A DNA stretch of 64,000 nucleotides from an uncultured bacterium (GCA_964549305.1 CAZJVM010000001.1:46164-110163); one strand, 5' to 3'. Positions 21,817-32,322 are shown, numbered from the stretch's first letter. Notes: generated by a model from the letters alone, not told the origin. A program made the numbers and translations.

Positions 21817-22557
21817 ATGAGAAAGTGTCTTCTTTTAATTCTTGTGTTTGTATTTATAAGCACTCTTCCCGCATTTGCCATTTATAAATGGACCGATTCA
21901 AATGGTGTCGTGCATTTTACGGATTATCCTCCCAAAAACAGCGACAAAGAATACGAAGACGTGGATTTTAACAAAAACCTTTCTGATATGAACGATTCCT
22001 TCGGAGACGGACTCATAGGCAAAGGATGGATTCGTTTTAATATTGACAACTCCGATATTCTCGATGAATCAGGGGATTCGCTAACGATTAACGCTCCCGG
22101 GGACAGCGACATATGGTATGACAGGTTTGATGCTCCGGTTCTTTTCAAAAAAATCAAGAAGGCAGACAAGAATTTTACGGTGGAAGTTAAGCTTCATTTT
22201 GAGACAAACGGTTCAGACAAGGGAGGGGTTGTCATCTGGACTGATAAAAGCGGCAAGGGAGATGTGGTACTTATCTGTAAATCAAAGGATGAGGATATCA
22301 ATTTCAGAAGAATAATCGGTTCCGATTCGCAGAAGGGGACCGAACCTACCTACGACAAGGAAAACGTGATATTCAGGTTAAGCAGGGAAGAGGATAGAAT
22401 CAAAGGGTCATACAGCGAGGACGGAGGCGACTGGACTGACCTTGGCGAAGTCGACTTCCCGATGGAAGGTCCTCTCAATATAGGTATTTTCGGTTGTTCG
22501 TGGAAATCCAATCCAGCGAAGATAATATTCGATTACTTTTCAGTGAGTGAGCAATAG
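21817..22557 (+). CDS. Secreted DUF4124 + concanavalin A-like beta-sandwich protein
   Basis: Signal peptide, IYKWTDSNGVVHFTDYPP (DUF4124 pattern), C-terminal FRLSRE.DRIKGSYSEDGGDW...IGIF...FDYF pattern. Confidence 0.7.
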   Translation: MRKCLLLILVFVFISTLPAFAIYKWTDSNGVVHFTDYPPKNSDKEYEDVDFNKNLSDMNDSFGDGLIGKGWIRFNIDNSDILDESGDSLTINAPGDSDIWYDRFDAPVLFKKIKKADKNFTVEVKLHFETNGSDKGGVVIWTDKSGKGDVVLICKSKDEDINFRRIIGSDSQKGTEPTYDKENVIFRLSREEDRIKGSYSEDGGDWTDLGEVDFPMEGPLNIGIFGCSWKSNPAKIIFDYFSVSEQ

Positions 22558-22564
22558 AAAAGAA

Positions 22565-24553
22565 TCATTGCTCGTTTTGAACCTTTTTCGCAATTACAGC
22601 AAAAAATGGTTTTTGACTCTCATTACTTTCATACATACCTTCCGCTATATGATATCCTTTTCCGAGGACAACTGTTGTTTTAATATACTTCTTTTTCTTC
22701 GATAAACTTTTTGAAATTATTCTGCCGTCAACGGAAAGAGTGAAATTCCCCCTGGAAAAAATATAGAGGCGATAAGCGCCTTTTTCAGTTGTACGAATAA
22801 TCGAATTGAACGTTGCCTGAGAAAAATCACCGATGCTTGCAATTAGCGGGAATATATTATTTCCAGTTTTCTCTTTTTCCGCGAAGGGGTTAAAAGATAT
22901 TACAGTATTCTTCCAAATATCTTTTTGCTTACCGAAGAGGATAAAATCATTTTCCGTTGATTTGTCCAGACTTTTATAAATAGACAGAAGAGGGACACCG
23001 TTATGATTATTTGAAAAAACCGGTATCATCTGCTCCGTATAAAATTCCTCTTCTTCCCCAAGGAGACCTTCTCTGTGGTTTATTATAATGTAATCATAAT
23101 CGTCTTCATCGTAAATCACATCATTTGAAAGAATACCGTAATCGTAATAGTAATCAAAAAGTATGGTGTTGAATAAAGCCCTGCCTGCTATTTTTTTACT
23201 GCGCAGATTATTGTTGATGAATCCGAGGGTATTTTTGTTAAAGGCGTCACCCCAATATGTTGTTTCCATCCCGATTTTTTTCGCGCCTTTCAAACCTCCC
23301 GCGTAAATATTGAAGTATGAAAGCTCGTAAGGGTGAATGCCGTAAAGAGATATGGCGGACGAGAGTATAAGGAGGGAGGAAAGTATATAGGCGCCTGCCG
23401 CGGATTTCCCGCGAAAGCAGAGCATTTTTATTTTCATAAAACCGAATCCCGAAAGAATTGCGAGAAAGGGAAATGCGGGAAGAAAAAGTCTCTCTCCGTC
23501 ATATGAAGGAGCGATACCCGATGAAACAACAATTAAGGGGATAAGCGCGTTGATTAGAATAAATATGGCATATTTCTCATTTGAAATGTTTACTGATTTG
23601 GCGAAAACTTCTTTCAGGCGATTGAAAAGATTTATTGCGATTGCAGTAACTGAAATTACAATGAGCAATATATATGGCGCGGGAATGGTAAAGAATGACA
23701 ATAAAAAAGGATAGTGCCAGGGAAGAGCGTTTGAATTGAATTTTTTGCCGAGGTAATATGTCCGTACCACAAAGTCTTCTGTGTGAGTTGACATTCCGGA
23801 AATAAATTCTGTGAAGTGCGATGTAAAATCCACCCAAAGCCAGGGATTTGTAAAGTAAAAAACCGCTATTGCCCCCATTGTCCCGAAGGTTAAAATGGAA
23901 AATTTTTTTTTGTCGGGAAAAAGAATAAGCCATAAAAAAATCGCAACCGGAATCAGTGCCGATTGTGCTTTTGTGCAAAAAGAAAGCCCGAGAGAAAGAG
24001 CAAAGAGATATTTATAGATTGGCTTTTCGTCACATTTCAGAAAGAAAAAAACTGTTAAGGTCCACATAAAAGTTACAGGTATGTCGAGAGCGAAGATATG
24101 TCCGTGACCGAACATTCGCGGCATAAACAGAAGTCCCAGTGACGCTGTGAAAGCTGATATATAATCGGTAAATCGAAGTGTAATGAGAAATACAAGGGCG
24201 CAGATTATGGAAAACATTATCTCAGGAGAAATTCTCAGCGCTTTGATTTCACCGGCAATATTTCCGAAAAAAATGAGTGATAAGGCGTGCATCATCCTTC
24301 CGAAAGGCGGATGATAATGAAAATGTCCGCCGAAATATTTTTCTATGCTCTCTTTACTTCTGAATGTTGTGAAATCCCCCCTGATGATATCCTTTGCCGT
24401 CATAGACATCCATTGGGCAAAGGAATGGGCGGCGGAATCGTTTATCCACGCTTCATCGCAGGTTATGCCTATATCGCTTGTCGTTGAATAGAGGAGAAGA
24501 AAAGCGAATAAGGCAATAAACACAGCGACAAGTATATTTTTATTTCTGTTCAA
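22565..24553 (-). CDS. ArnT/PMT-family (GT-C) glycosyltransferase with C-terminal PA14-like domain
   Basis: GITCDE, HPPFGR, PRMFGHGH...D, YDGERLFLP, HPYELSYFN, ETTYWG; C-terminal G.YRLY...L.VDG...L.KGYH. Confidence 0.75.
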   Translation of the reverse strand: MNRNKNILVAVFIALFAFLLLYSTTSDIGITCDEAWINDSAAHSFAQWMSMTAKDIIRGDFTTFRSKESIEKYFGGHFHYHPPFGRMMHALSLIFFGNIAGEIKALRISPEIMFSIICALVFLITLRFTDYISAFTASLGLLFMPRMFGHGHIFALDIPVTFMWTLTVFFFLKCDEKPIYKYLFALSLGLSFCTKAQSALIPVAIFLWLILFPDKKKFSILTFGTMGAIAVFYFTNPWLWVDFTSHFTEFISGMSTHTEDFVVRTYYLGKKFNSNALPWHYPFLLSFFTIPAPYILLIVISVTAIAINLFNRLKEVFAKSVNISNEKYAIFILINALIPLIVVSSGIAPSYDGERLFLPAFPFLAILSGFGFMKIKMLCFRGKSAAGAYILSSLLILSSAISLYGIHPYELSYFNIYAGGLKGAKKIGMETTYWGDAFNKNTLGFINNNLRSKKIAGRALFNTILFDYYYDYGILSNDVIYDEDDYDYIIINHREGLLGEEEEFYTEQMIPVFSNNHNGVPLLSIYKSLDKSTENDFILFGKQKDIWKNTVISFNPFAEKEKTGNNIFPLIASIGDFSQATFNSIIRTTEKGAYRLYIFSRGNFTLSVDGRIISKSLSKKKKYIKTTVVLGKGYHIAEGMYESNESQKPFFAVIAKKVQNEQ

Positions 24554-24669
24554 AACTTTCCTAATGCAAAGAGAGGAAATTGAATATCTGTAATCTCTCT
24601 TGTTTTATGGATTGCTCGTAATATGTTATAATATCACTTAGGAAAAGGACAATAAAGATTAAGAATGTT

Positions 24670-25368
24670 ATGGATTATAAAAATATCAGACACAGGAATC
24701 TGTTAAAACCTTATATCCTTTTTAGCGCTATGTATGCGGCGCTTTTGCTCTCCTATCTTTTGAGTGACTCATATTTTCATCATATAGGCAATTCAATTAC
24801 GGCAGACGAGAATCCAATCAATCTCTTTACCGCGATTAATCTTTTTTGCGCATCAGTGGTATCTTTTACGGTTTTACTTGCCCATATCAAAAGGGGTGGC
24901 AGGAGTATTTCTTTTTTTGTGTTGTGGTTTATCATATCGTCGGGGCTTTTTTTTGCCGCCTGTGACGAGCAGTTTGAGATACACGAGGCGATAGGAAAAC
25001 AGCTCGAGATTGCAATAAACGGTACTTCCGCGGAATTACTGTTTTACAGAATATTTGACGAAGGCGAGCAACCGGTGATGATTTCATATTTCGCGGGAGG
25101 ACTCGTAATGGCAGTTTTTTTTATTAAAAAAATGATTTCTTCCCAAAGGACTGCTGCCTTTTTTATATGTGCCCTCGCTTTGCAGGGACTTGCAGCATTG
25201 TGTGACAGTTTCAATGTGGTAACTGCGGTGTCAGGAGCATATTCGCAACAGATTAATTATACCGGATACATCGAAGAGATAAGCGAATTTACTTCCGCAT
25301 TGCTCTTCTGTCTTGCTATGATTTCCGAGTTTATGTGGTTGAGGATAAAACCTTCAAAGAGAAAATAA
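24670..25368 (+). CDS. Hypothetical membrane protein
   Basis: About 6 hydrophobic segments with DE.FEIHE and EE.SE acidic motifs. Confidence 0.6.
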   Translation: MDYKNIRHRNLLKPYILFSAMYAALLLSYLLSDSYFHHIGNSITADENPINLFTAINLFCASVVSFTVLLAHIKRGGRSISFFVLWFIISSGLFFAACDEQFEIHEAIGKQLEIAINGTSAELLFYRIFDEGEQPVMISYFAGGLVMAVFFIKKMISSQRTAAFFICALALQGLAALCDSFNVVTAVSGAYSQQINYTGYIEEISEFTSALLFCLAMISEFMWLRIKPSKRK

Positions 25369-25381
25369 AGACACATCCGGG

Positions 25382-26965
25382 ATGTTTCATTTGAAAAAAT
25401 ATTTAATTCTGCTTTTAATGGCAGTGATAATTCTTGTTTCTCTGGCATTTCCAAACAGGGATTACAGTTACGATTCAATCGAATATGCCATCGAAGCAAA
25501 TAATCAGGCACCTTCAATCCATCCTCATCATCTTCTCTTTTATCCCACAATAAAAGCTGTCAGTTTTTTATTCACATCTTTCGGCGGAGATGAACTGTTT
25601 GGAATGATGCCGGTACAGTTTATGAATATAATTCTTTTCCCATTTGCCGTCCTGTTTTTTTATCTAATAATCCTTAATATCTCAAACAACATAGGGCACT
25701 CGATTATTACTTCCATGATTTTTGGTTTTTCAGGCGGTATATGGACACTTTCTCTTGATAATGAGGTACATACACTGCCTCTTTTATTTTTACTGCTTTC
25801 CATTTACCTCTTTATTTCGAAGTCATCCGTCATCCTTGCTGCAATGGTTTTCGCATTATCAATCCTTTATCATCAGTCTTATATTCTTGCATTGCCGTCT
25901 ATTGCCTATCTTGTATATTCATTCTTGCCGGAGAAAAGAATATTCAGGGCATTTCTGTTTTCAATAACCTCTGTTTTTTTAACGGCAGGCGCTTATATCA
26001 CCGCGGCAATTATAGAGGGAAGGACAAGTCCCGGTGAAATAATAAAATGGATGCTCTTTTACACTGAATCAGGTAAATGGGGTTCACTTTCACTTTCTAA
26101 TTTCTTTTATTCCGGCGCAGGCATCTTTCAGCTGTTTTTCGCGCCGAGACTCATGCGCTTGATTATTTTCGGGGAAAAAATACACGGCACAGAATATCTC
26201 TATTTATTTCTTGAAGTTATAGGCGCAGTGCTTATAGCAGTAATCTATTTTATTCTGTTTAAGAGAAGTCTTAAGGATAATTTTCCGAAAAACAAGCTTC
26301 TGAATTTTTCTATAATCTTTATCATTCCATTTTCGGCGTTTGCTTTTTTCTGGGAACCTCAGAATGTTGAATTCTGGATACCTGTTTTTATTCCTTTACT
26401 GCTTATGATTCCATTATTCGCTTCATCCGGAGGAAGGAACTTCGGGAAAGATTCACCGTCAGGAAATGATGCAGGTATAAAAATTATCCCTCTCCTTTGC
26501 GCGCTGTTATTCATAATAATGTTCACTCATAATCTCTTTTCTGCTGTTATCCCAGCATCGAATATTCAGAACAATGAAACATATCTTTTTGCAGAGAAGA
26601 TTTCTGAGTATATTTCAGATGGCGACCTGCTCATTCATAATAAGAAAAGGCCAGTGTCATATCTGAAGTATTTTTTTAAAAAGGAACCAGACTATACTTC
26701 ATTCGCGGAGTTTCCTCTTTCTAAATGGAAAAACCCGGATGAAATAAAAGAAAATATTAGAGAGCAAATTGATAACCATATTGAAAATCATAAAAAGGTG
26801 GTAATAACATCATCTGAGACAAACCCTCCTGAATATGACCCCGCACTTACGCGGGTAATCAATGGGAAAGATAGAAGCGAGTTCTATAAAAAAATTATTA
26901 CTCAAGAGAAAAAGCAAATTAAGCTTTATTGGAAAGATATGAAGTTGTTAATTATTCAGAAATGA
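25382..26965 (+). CDS. Polytopic membrane protein, probable GT-C glycosyltransferase
   Basis: YDS..YA and HPHHLLF after TM1, EVH, HQ motifs, about 11 TM segments plus C-terminal soluble domain. Confidence 0.6.
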   Translation: MFHLKKYLILLLMAVIILVSLAFPNRDYSYDSIEYAIEANNQAPSIHPHHLLFYPTIKAVSFLFTSFGGDELFGMMPVQFMNIILFPFAVLFFYLIILNISNNIGHSIITSMIFGFSGGIWTLSLDNEVHTLPLLFLLLSIYLFISKSSVILAAMVFALSILYHQSYILALPSIAYLVYSFLPEKRIFRAFLFSITSVFLTAGAYITAAIIEGRTSPGEIIKWMLFYTESGKWGSLSLSNFFYSGAGIFQLFFAPRLMRLIIFGEKIHGTEYLYLFLEVIGAVLIAVIYFILFKRSLKDNFPKNKLLNFSIIFIIPFSAFAFFWEPQNVEFWIPVFIPLLLMIPLFASSGGRNFGKDSPSGNDAGIKIIPLLCALLFIIMFTHNLFSAVIPASNIQNNETYLFAEKISEYISDGDLLIHNKKRPVSYLKYFFKKEPDYTSFAEFPLSKWKNPDEIKENIREQIDNHIENHKKVVITSSETNPPEYDPALTRVINGKDRSEFYKKIITQEKKQIKLYWKDMKLLIIQK

Positions 26966-26967
26966 AA

Positions 26968-28266
26968 TTATGAAAACACTTTTTCGTAACCTTCCTTTAG
27001 TATGTAGATATTACCAGCAAGTCTACCGACAAGTAGGGCAAATGCCGCGCCTGATGCAGAATATTCAGGCACTAAATAAACGGAGAAAATAAAAAGAATT
27101 ACAACAGTTATCATATTCTGTCTGAACACGACTTTTGAATCTCCAAGTGAGAAGAGAGCAAAGACAACAGGTTTGCATATAATCTCTACGATAAGACTGA
27201 TATAGAGAATTATGAAGGGATAAGTTGCCGGCAGGTAGTCTTCGCCGAAAAAGAGGGATATAATTTTACCGGAGAAGGGAAGAATAAAGAGAGTAGGTGT
27301 GAGTATGAGTGAAATAATGGCGATACTTTTTATTGTGAATTTGCGCAATTCTTTTCTATCGTTCAGAGACGACGCTTTCGGAAGAAGAAGAGTGGAAAGA
27401 GTTGTGGATATCAATATTAGCGCTTCCGAAAGCCTGTCAGCGGCATAATAATATCCGAGACTTACGGCAGATGTAAGTTTTATAAGGATGAAGTGATTGA
27501 GCTTTAATCTCATAGCTTCCGTCACATTGGCGAGGTAAATCCATTTGCCGAAACTGAATAGCTCTTTGCCTGAATTCCATAAATCCTTTGATTGAGAAGA
27601 GTACCGCCTGTAGCAGGCAATCATTCCGAAAAATGCGGAAATCAGTGGAATGAAAAAGAGGTAAACGGCAATTGCCGCGGGAAGAGTAAGAAGGTCGTAC
27701 GCCTCAAATGCCAGCACGAGGACAAGAGTTAAAATCGCGGAACCTCCTCTCAGGATGGAGTATATGAAGAACGATTGCTCCATCCTAAGCACTGACACTA
27801 CAACGTCATAAATCATGATACCGGGAATTGAGCAGAACCCGAGAAGAATTGCCGTATCCAAAGATTGATTGTTGAAAAAAAGATTTGCTACAGGTCGTGC
27901 AACAAAAATACCGGCCAAAAGGATTATCACGCTCAATATGAGCTTTATCAACAGATTGGCGCGGACAATGGAAATCATTTTTTCAATGTTTGAGGATGTT
28001 CTCTGTTTTGCGCCTTCAGTTATCGTTGCCGTGTCGAAACCGAATTCGAATAACTCATTCACGATTTCGGTAAATGATACTATAAGGGCGAATATACCCA
28101 ACTCTTTGGCGCCGAGACTTCTTGAAAAAATAATAAATGTGGCAAATCCTGCTCCTAGTTTTACCGCGTTTGAAGTGAGAAGAAGGGTGCTTTCCTTCGC
28201 TATTCTTTTCCCGCTGAAACTTTCATTTTCTAACATTTCAATGGTTTTATCCTGTGAGGCGGTCAT
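26968..28266 (-). CDS. Wzx-type polysaccharide flippase
   Basis: SRSLGAKELGIFAL, LGYYYAA.RL, LLPKAS, FGEDY..A, GAAFA; MOP-family pattern. Confidence 0.85.
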   Translation of the reverse strand: MTASQDKTIEMLENESFSGKRIAKESTLLLTSNAVKLGAGFATFIIFSRSLGAKELGIFALIVSFTEIVNELFEFGFDTATITEGAKQRTSSNIEKMISIVRANLLIKLILSVIILLAGIFVARPVANLFFNNQSLDTAILLGFCSIPGIMIYDVVVSVLRMEQSFFIYSILRGGSAILTLVLVLAFEAYDLLTLPAAIAVYLFFIPLISAFFGMIACYRRYSSQSKDLWNSGKELFSFGKWIYLANVTEAMRLKLNHFILIKLTSAVSLGYYYAADRLSEALILISTTLSTLLLPKASSLNDRKELRKFTIKSIAIISLILTPTLFILPFSGKIISLFFGEDYLPATYPFIILYISLIVEIICKPVVFALFSLGDSKVVFRQNMITVVILFIFSVYLVPEYSASGAAFALLVGRLAGNIYILKEGYEKVFS

Positions 28267-29332
28267 AAATTTTGGTTAGAGCATCGGAACGGTTTAAAAA
28301 CATCCTAAGCTTGACATATGTAAAATACTTTAAAAGGGAAAGAAATCTTTTGTTTTTTATGGTGAGAATATAGAGATTTTCAGAATAGTTGGCAAAATTG
28401 CTTTTATAAGGTTCGTCTCCTTTTAAAAAATTGTATTTTTTAACTCCTTCCGCGGAGAGTTTCTCTATGAGTTTTGCAGTAAGAAGAAGACCCGGCGACG
28501 CGCGATGGTATTCCTCATTGAATGATGTGTTGTATTCCCAAACTTCATCACGCAAAGAAAAGCATATTTTATAAGCTATGGGAATTTCACCGAATGACAG
28601 AAAGGCAATAAAAATATCCTTCTTTATGACGGATTTAATTAATGATGTAAAAAAATCAATATGGTTTTGGTTTTTAAAATAAGGCGATTTTCTTCCCGAT
28701 AAATTTATGGACACAGCGTCGGTAAGAATTTTCTCATTTAAATCGTCTCCTCTATATATTGAAAGTGATACATCTCCGTATTCAGAAGCGATTTTTTCAC
28801 GCCTTCTGAGGTTTGAGCGAAATTTTGGAGTTAGTTCGTTCAGATATATATTCCATCCCTCGTGAAATTCCGCGACGGGGCATTTAGAGTAGGGAATAAT
28901 GTCGGCAGTTATTTTTCCTGTTCTTTGGTTTCGAATGAAATAATTGCAAAGGAGTGAATCTTCCCTGACGGTTTTAATGAATGCAAAATTCCATTCAGAT
29001 GAGTTTTTTGAAAGATATGAGCATAGAGCGTCAAGAAAGGAATTATTGTCGCCATTGACTGAGATAATGTCGATGAAATCACTTTCCGGAAAGCCCGCAG
29101 GATAAATTATGCCTGAATCCAACGCGCAGGGAAATATATGAGTTAGATTTCCCTTTGTTTGCCCCGTTACGATAAAAGGCGAAAGACTGCCTTTGCAGTG
29201 ATTAAACCAGTTGTATACCCATTCATAGGAAAGGAAAATGTTTTTAACGCCGGTTTCGGAAAAAAAAGATTTCCACCGTGCTTCAAGTTTTTGTACGTCT
29301 TCAAGGGAATCGATGATTTCTATATCAATCAT
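28247..29332 (-). CDS. CelD/BcsL-like GNAT acyltransferase
   Basis: FLSYEW...W, KFRSNLRRR, SPGLLL, YNFLKGDEPYK. Confidence 0.8.
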   Translation of the reverse strand: MIDIEIIDSLEDVQKLEARWKSFFSETGVKNIFLSYEWVYNWFNHCKGSLSPFIVTGQTKGNLTHIFPCALDSGIIYPAGFPESDFIDIISVNGDNNSFLDALCSYLSKNSSEWNFAFIKTVREDSLLCNYFIRNQRTGKITADIIPYSKCPVAEFHEGWNIYLNELTPKFRSNLRRREKIASEYGDVSLSIYRGDDLNEKILTDAVSINLSGRKSPYFKNQNHIDFFTSLIKSVIKKDIFIAFLSFGEIPIAYKICFSLRDEVWEYNTSFNEEYHRASPGLLLTAKLIEKLSAEGVKKYNFLKGDEPYKSNFANYSENLYILTIKNKRFLSLLKYFTYVKLRMFLNRSDALTKIYDRLTG

Positions 29333-29577
29333 AATTTAATGAATAGAATGTTTCTAAATAAATAATTCTATCACAGTAGTTGAGATAAAAAAATGTTTGC
29401 CTTTTTTACGGTAATATTTATTACTTTCCGATAGTTGATTTTGATAAAAGAAATCCTGAGAGTCAGAAAGCAATATTTGATAAGTATTTAAAAAATGACT
29501 TTAATTTCGTACAGCGTTAATGTTAACTTTAAAAAATTCTTAGAGTACCAAACAATGATTTATATGAGGAATAATGT

Positions 29578-29880
29578 ATGTCTGAATTAAAGACAAGAAG
29601 CTTTGCGAAGGCAATCAGTTGGAGAATTATTGCGTCTCTGATAACTACGGGACTTGTTTATATTGTTACGGGAAAAATGGCTCTCGCTTTCAGCGTGGGA
29701 GCAATAGATGTTGTTGTAAAACTTCTTGCCTATTATATTCACGAAAGACTCTGGATGGTGATACCTCTGGGGAAAGTACTGCATCCTCTCGAGGATATTA
29801 AAATTTCCAAAGAAATCGATGAAGAGGACAAGGAAATTATACGCAGCAAACTCAAGGAACTTGGATATATAGATGATTGA
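29578..29880 (+). CDS. DUF2061 family membrane protein with C-terminal LKELGY helix
   Basis: RSFAKAISWRIIA, K...YYIHERLW (DUF2061 pattern). Confidence 0.82.
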   Translation: MSELKTRSFAKAISWRIIASLITTGLVYIVTGKMALAFSVGAIDVVVKLLAYYIHERLWMVIPLGKVLHPLEDIKISKEIDEEDKEIIRSKLKELGYIDD

Positions 29881-29908
29881 AAAATCTTATTTAGCGAAAG
29901 GGAATTGT

Positions 29909-30211
29909 ATGAAAATCAATATGCTAACGGCAGTTATTCTTCTTATTTCTCTGTCACTTATGTTTTCGGGATGCGTTTTCCTCAATATACAGACTCCCCT
30001 TGACAAGAATTATGATGAAACGGACCTTGGCACCAAAACAGGCAGGGCGGAAGCGACTATGATAATGGGATTAGTTGCATGGGGTGATGCCGGCACGAAA
30101 GCGGCTGCAGATAACGGCGGCATAAAGATAATAAAACACGCAGACAGAGAGTTGTTCGTAGTATGCTTCGGGCTTTACACGAAGATTACCACGGTGGTCT
30201 ATGGTGATTAA
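29909..30211 (+). CDS. TRL-like family lipoprotein
   Basis: Lipobox FSGC; K.G.A....GLVAWGDAG..AAA..GGI..I.HAD....FGLY....T.VYG. Confidence 0.8.
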   Translation: MKINMLTAVILLISLSLMFSGCVFLNIQTPLDKNYDETDLGTKTGRAEATMIMGLVAWGDAGTKAAADNGGIKIIKHADRELFVVCFGLYTKITTVVYGD

Positions 30212-30539
30212 AAATACTATGTCAATTCTTCTTTTTATCACTCTGATATTCATTCAGGGGTGCGGACTTCTCTATTCGAATGTCGTCATGCCCCAAAGCG
30301 TTGATTTCGACAATACTGTGGTCAGTGAAAAATCCTGTGAATTGAAGTCATATGGCGTAAGAATCCCAATATTCCTGACGGGGGGAAGGTTTAGAATCAG
30401 CGCTAAGTGGAGTACCGATGACATCAGAAAAGCGGCTGAGGAATCGGGCATAAAGAATATAGCATTTACGGAAATGCGCGAATTTTCGCTTTTCTTCGGT
30501 TCCTTTTCAAAAAGCACTCTTGTGATTTACGGCAACTGA
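30201..30539 (+). CDS. TRL-like family lipoprotein (divergent paralog)
   Basis: Lipobox IQGC; AAEESGI..I, FFG.F....LVIYG resembles the preceding gene. Confidence 0.65.
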   Translation: MVIKNTMSILLFITLIFIQGCGLLYSNVVMPQSVDFDNTVVSEKSCELKSYGVRIPIFLTGGRFRISAKWSTDDIRKAAEESGIKNIAFTEMREFSLFFGSFSKSTLVIYGN

Positions 30540-30572
30540 TTTTGTGCCGAAATTTTTCTCCGGTGACTGAAA

Positions 30573-31001
30573 TTGAAAATCGAAATAACTTCCCGCCTGT
30601 ATATCTACGAATATGAGTTGGAGGAGAAATTCGTAAGAGCATCTGGCCCGGGAGGGCAGAAAGTCAATAAAACATCTTCGGCAGTCCACCTTTTCTTTAA
30701 GATCAGTGAGAATTCCACACTTCCCGCATATGTTAAAAAAAACCTTCTCGAAATGAGTGGCAAAAAAGTGAGCAGTGACGGCGTGCTTACAATCAAAGCA
30801 ATGCGCTATAAATCTCTTGATAAAAACAGAGATGACGCGTTGGAAAGACTAAAAAAAATCATAAGAGATGCCGCACGAAAACAAAAAGTCAGAAAAGAAA
30901 CAAAGCCGTCAAAACAATCAAGGGAAAAAAGGATGAAAGAGAAGAAAATGAAATCTGAATTAAAGAAACTGAGGCAGAAGAAGATGCCGGAAGAAATATA
31001 G
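30573..31001 (+). CDS. arfB: Alternative ribosome rescue peptidyl-tRNA hydrolase
   Basis: FVRASGPGGQKVNKTSSAV and basic C-terminal tail RKETKPSK.SREKR. Confidence 0.93.
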   Translation: MKIEITSRLYIYEYELEEKFVRASGPGGQKVNKTSSAVHLFFKISENSTLPAYVKKNLLEMSGKKVSSDGVLTIKAMRYKSLDKNRDDALERLKKIIRDAARKQKVRKETKPSKQSREKRMKEKKMKSELKKLRQKKMPEEI

Positions 31002-31034
31002 AATAGACCATACTCAGACACCTTACCGGATTGT

Positions 31035-31283
31035 TTAATACATAAAATCGATTGCCGCCTCTACGCCTTTTTCGTAGACTGCCCGAAAATACAAGGCGAC
31101 TGCCGAAATCAACGAAAGCCCGCTAAAATGCGCGGTAAAAGCCAGCAGGAAAATTTCGCTTTTCGGAATTAAGAAAACAGAAAGAAACGATATGACAAAT
31201 ATCGTGAATATTATCTTGCTCCAGAATAGCTTAATTTCCCAATATTTTTTAAAACTCTCTGTCTCGGGGTTTTCAACTTTCAT
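31035..31283 (-). CDS. Small hypothetical membrane protein
   Basis: 82-aa ORF with two hydrophobic segments filling an intergenic gap. Confidence 0.45.
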   Translation of the reverse strand: MKVENPETESFKKYWEIKLFWSKIIFTIFVISFLSVFLIPKSEIFLLAFTAHFSGLSLISAVALYFRAVYEKGVEAAIDFMY

Positions 31284-31374
31284 TTATTTCTCAGCTTTTC
31301 AACGTGATTATGTTAGAGCCCTAAAAAGTAAATATTTTGGGTTTTGTCAAGATATTTATCGAAGAAATCTGCCT

Positions 31375-32301
31375 TTATTGAGACAATATTTCAGAAATAA
31401 TATCTTTTGTTCCGTACTTGGGTTTGCCGAGAGTATTAACTGTTTTTGATACATCCCTGAAGAAATCGTAACCGAGGAGTTTTACGAAAAGCGGGGGAAT
31501 AGGGGATAGACCAAGTTTCCAGAGGAGTCCCACCAGAAAAAGTACCGGTTTTTCGGGAAGGTTAATAGGAGATGCTTTTTTACCTCCCATCTCTGCGGCA
31601 TATGAATAAATTTCCGTAAGTGACATACGGTCTTCGGCGCCGATGTCAAAGATTCCGTTTTTGCCTATCGCATTGTAGCACCAGTCGATTACGTCATCCA
31701 CGTGGACAAGTTGAATGGGTGGGTTTTTGCCTCTGAGTTTCATAAATCTGCCGTTTTTTGATGTGCTTTTTATCATATCACCCATACCGGGACCTCCACC
31801 CCTGAAGCAAACAATGGCGAATCTCATTATTGCCACATTGAGTCCTTCCTTCTCTGCCGCGTTGAGAAACATATCTTCCGCTTCAACCTTATCCCTTGCG
31901 TAAGAGTCATCTGCGGGATTCAGATAATTTCTCTCTCTGTCGTAAATCCCCCCTTTTCCGTTTAGGTCGCCGTAAACTCTTTCACTGCTTGCAAATACAA
32001 TGTCCTTGATTCCGCACTTTAGGGCCGAGTTAATGATGTTTTTTGACCCGTTTATATCAATATCCCTTCTGAGAGCGGGTTCCATTTTGGGGTTTGTACA
32101 GAATGCCATATGGATGATTGAATCTACATTTTTCTCTTTCATCAGCTTTTCAACAGCAGTGTCGCGAACATCCATTTTTATAATACCGGGGAGGGCGTCG
32201 GTTTCCTTATAGTCGATTCCTGTAAATTCGATATTTCGTTCAGTAAAAATCTGTGCCATTCTCATTCCTATAAAACCGCCTATACCGGTTATAAGTATCA
32301 T
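31375..32301 (-). CDS. NAD-dependent epimerase/dehydratase (extended SDR)
   Basis: ILITGIGGFIG, VFASS..VYG, YARDK (YxxxK), QLVHVDDV. Confidence 0.85.
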   Translation of the reverse strand: MILITGIGGFIGMRMAQIFTERNIEFTGIDYKETDALPGIIKMDVRDTAVEKLMKEKNVDSIIHMAFCTNPKMEPALRRDIDINGSKNIINSALKCGIKDIVFASSERVYGDLNGKGGIYDRERNYLNPADDSYARDKVEAEDMFLNAAEKEGLNVAIMRFAIVCFRGGGPGMGDMIKSTSKNGRFMKLRGKNPPIQLVHVDDVIDWCYNAIGKNGIFDIGAEDRMSLTEIYSYAAEMGGKKASPINLPEKPVLFLVGLLWKLGLSPIPPLFVKLLGYDFFRDVSKTVNTLGKPKYGTKDIISEILSQ

Positions 32302-32322
32302 TCGTTATCTCCTTTTGAATAT

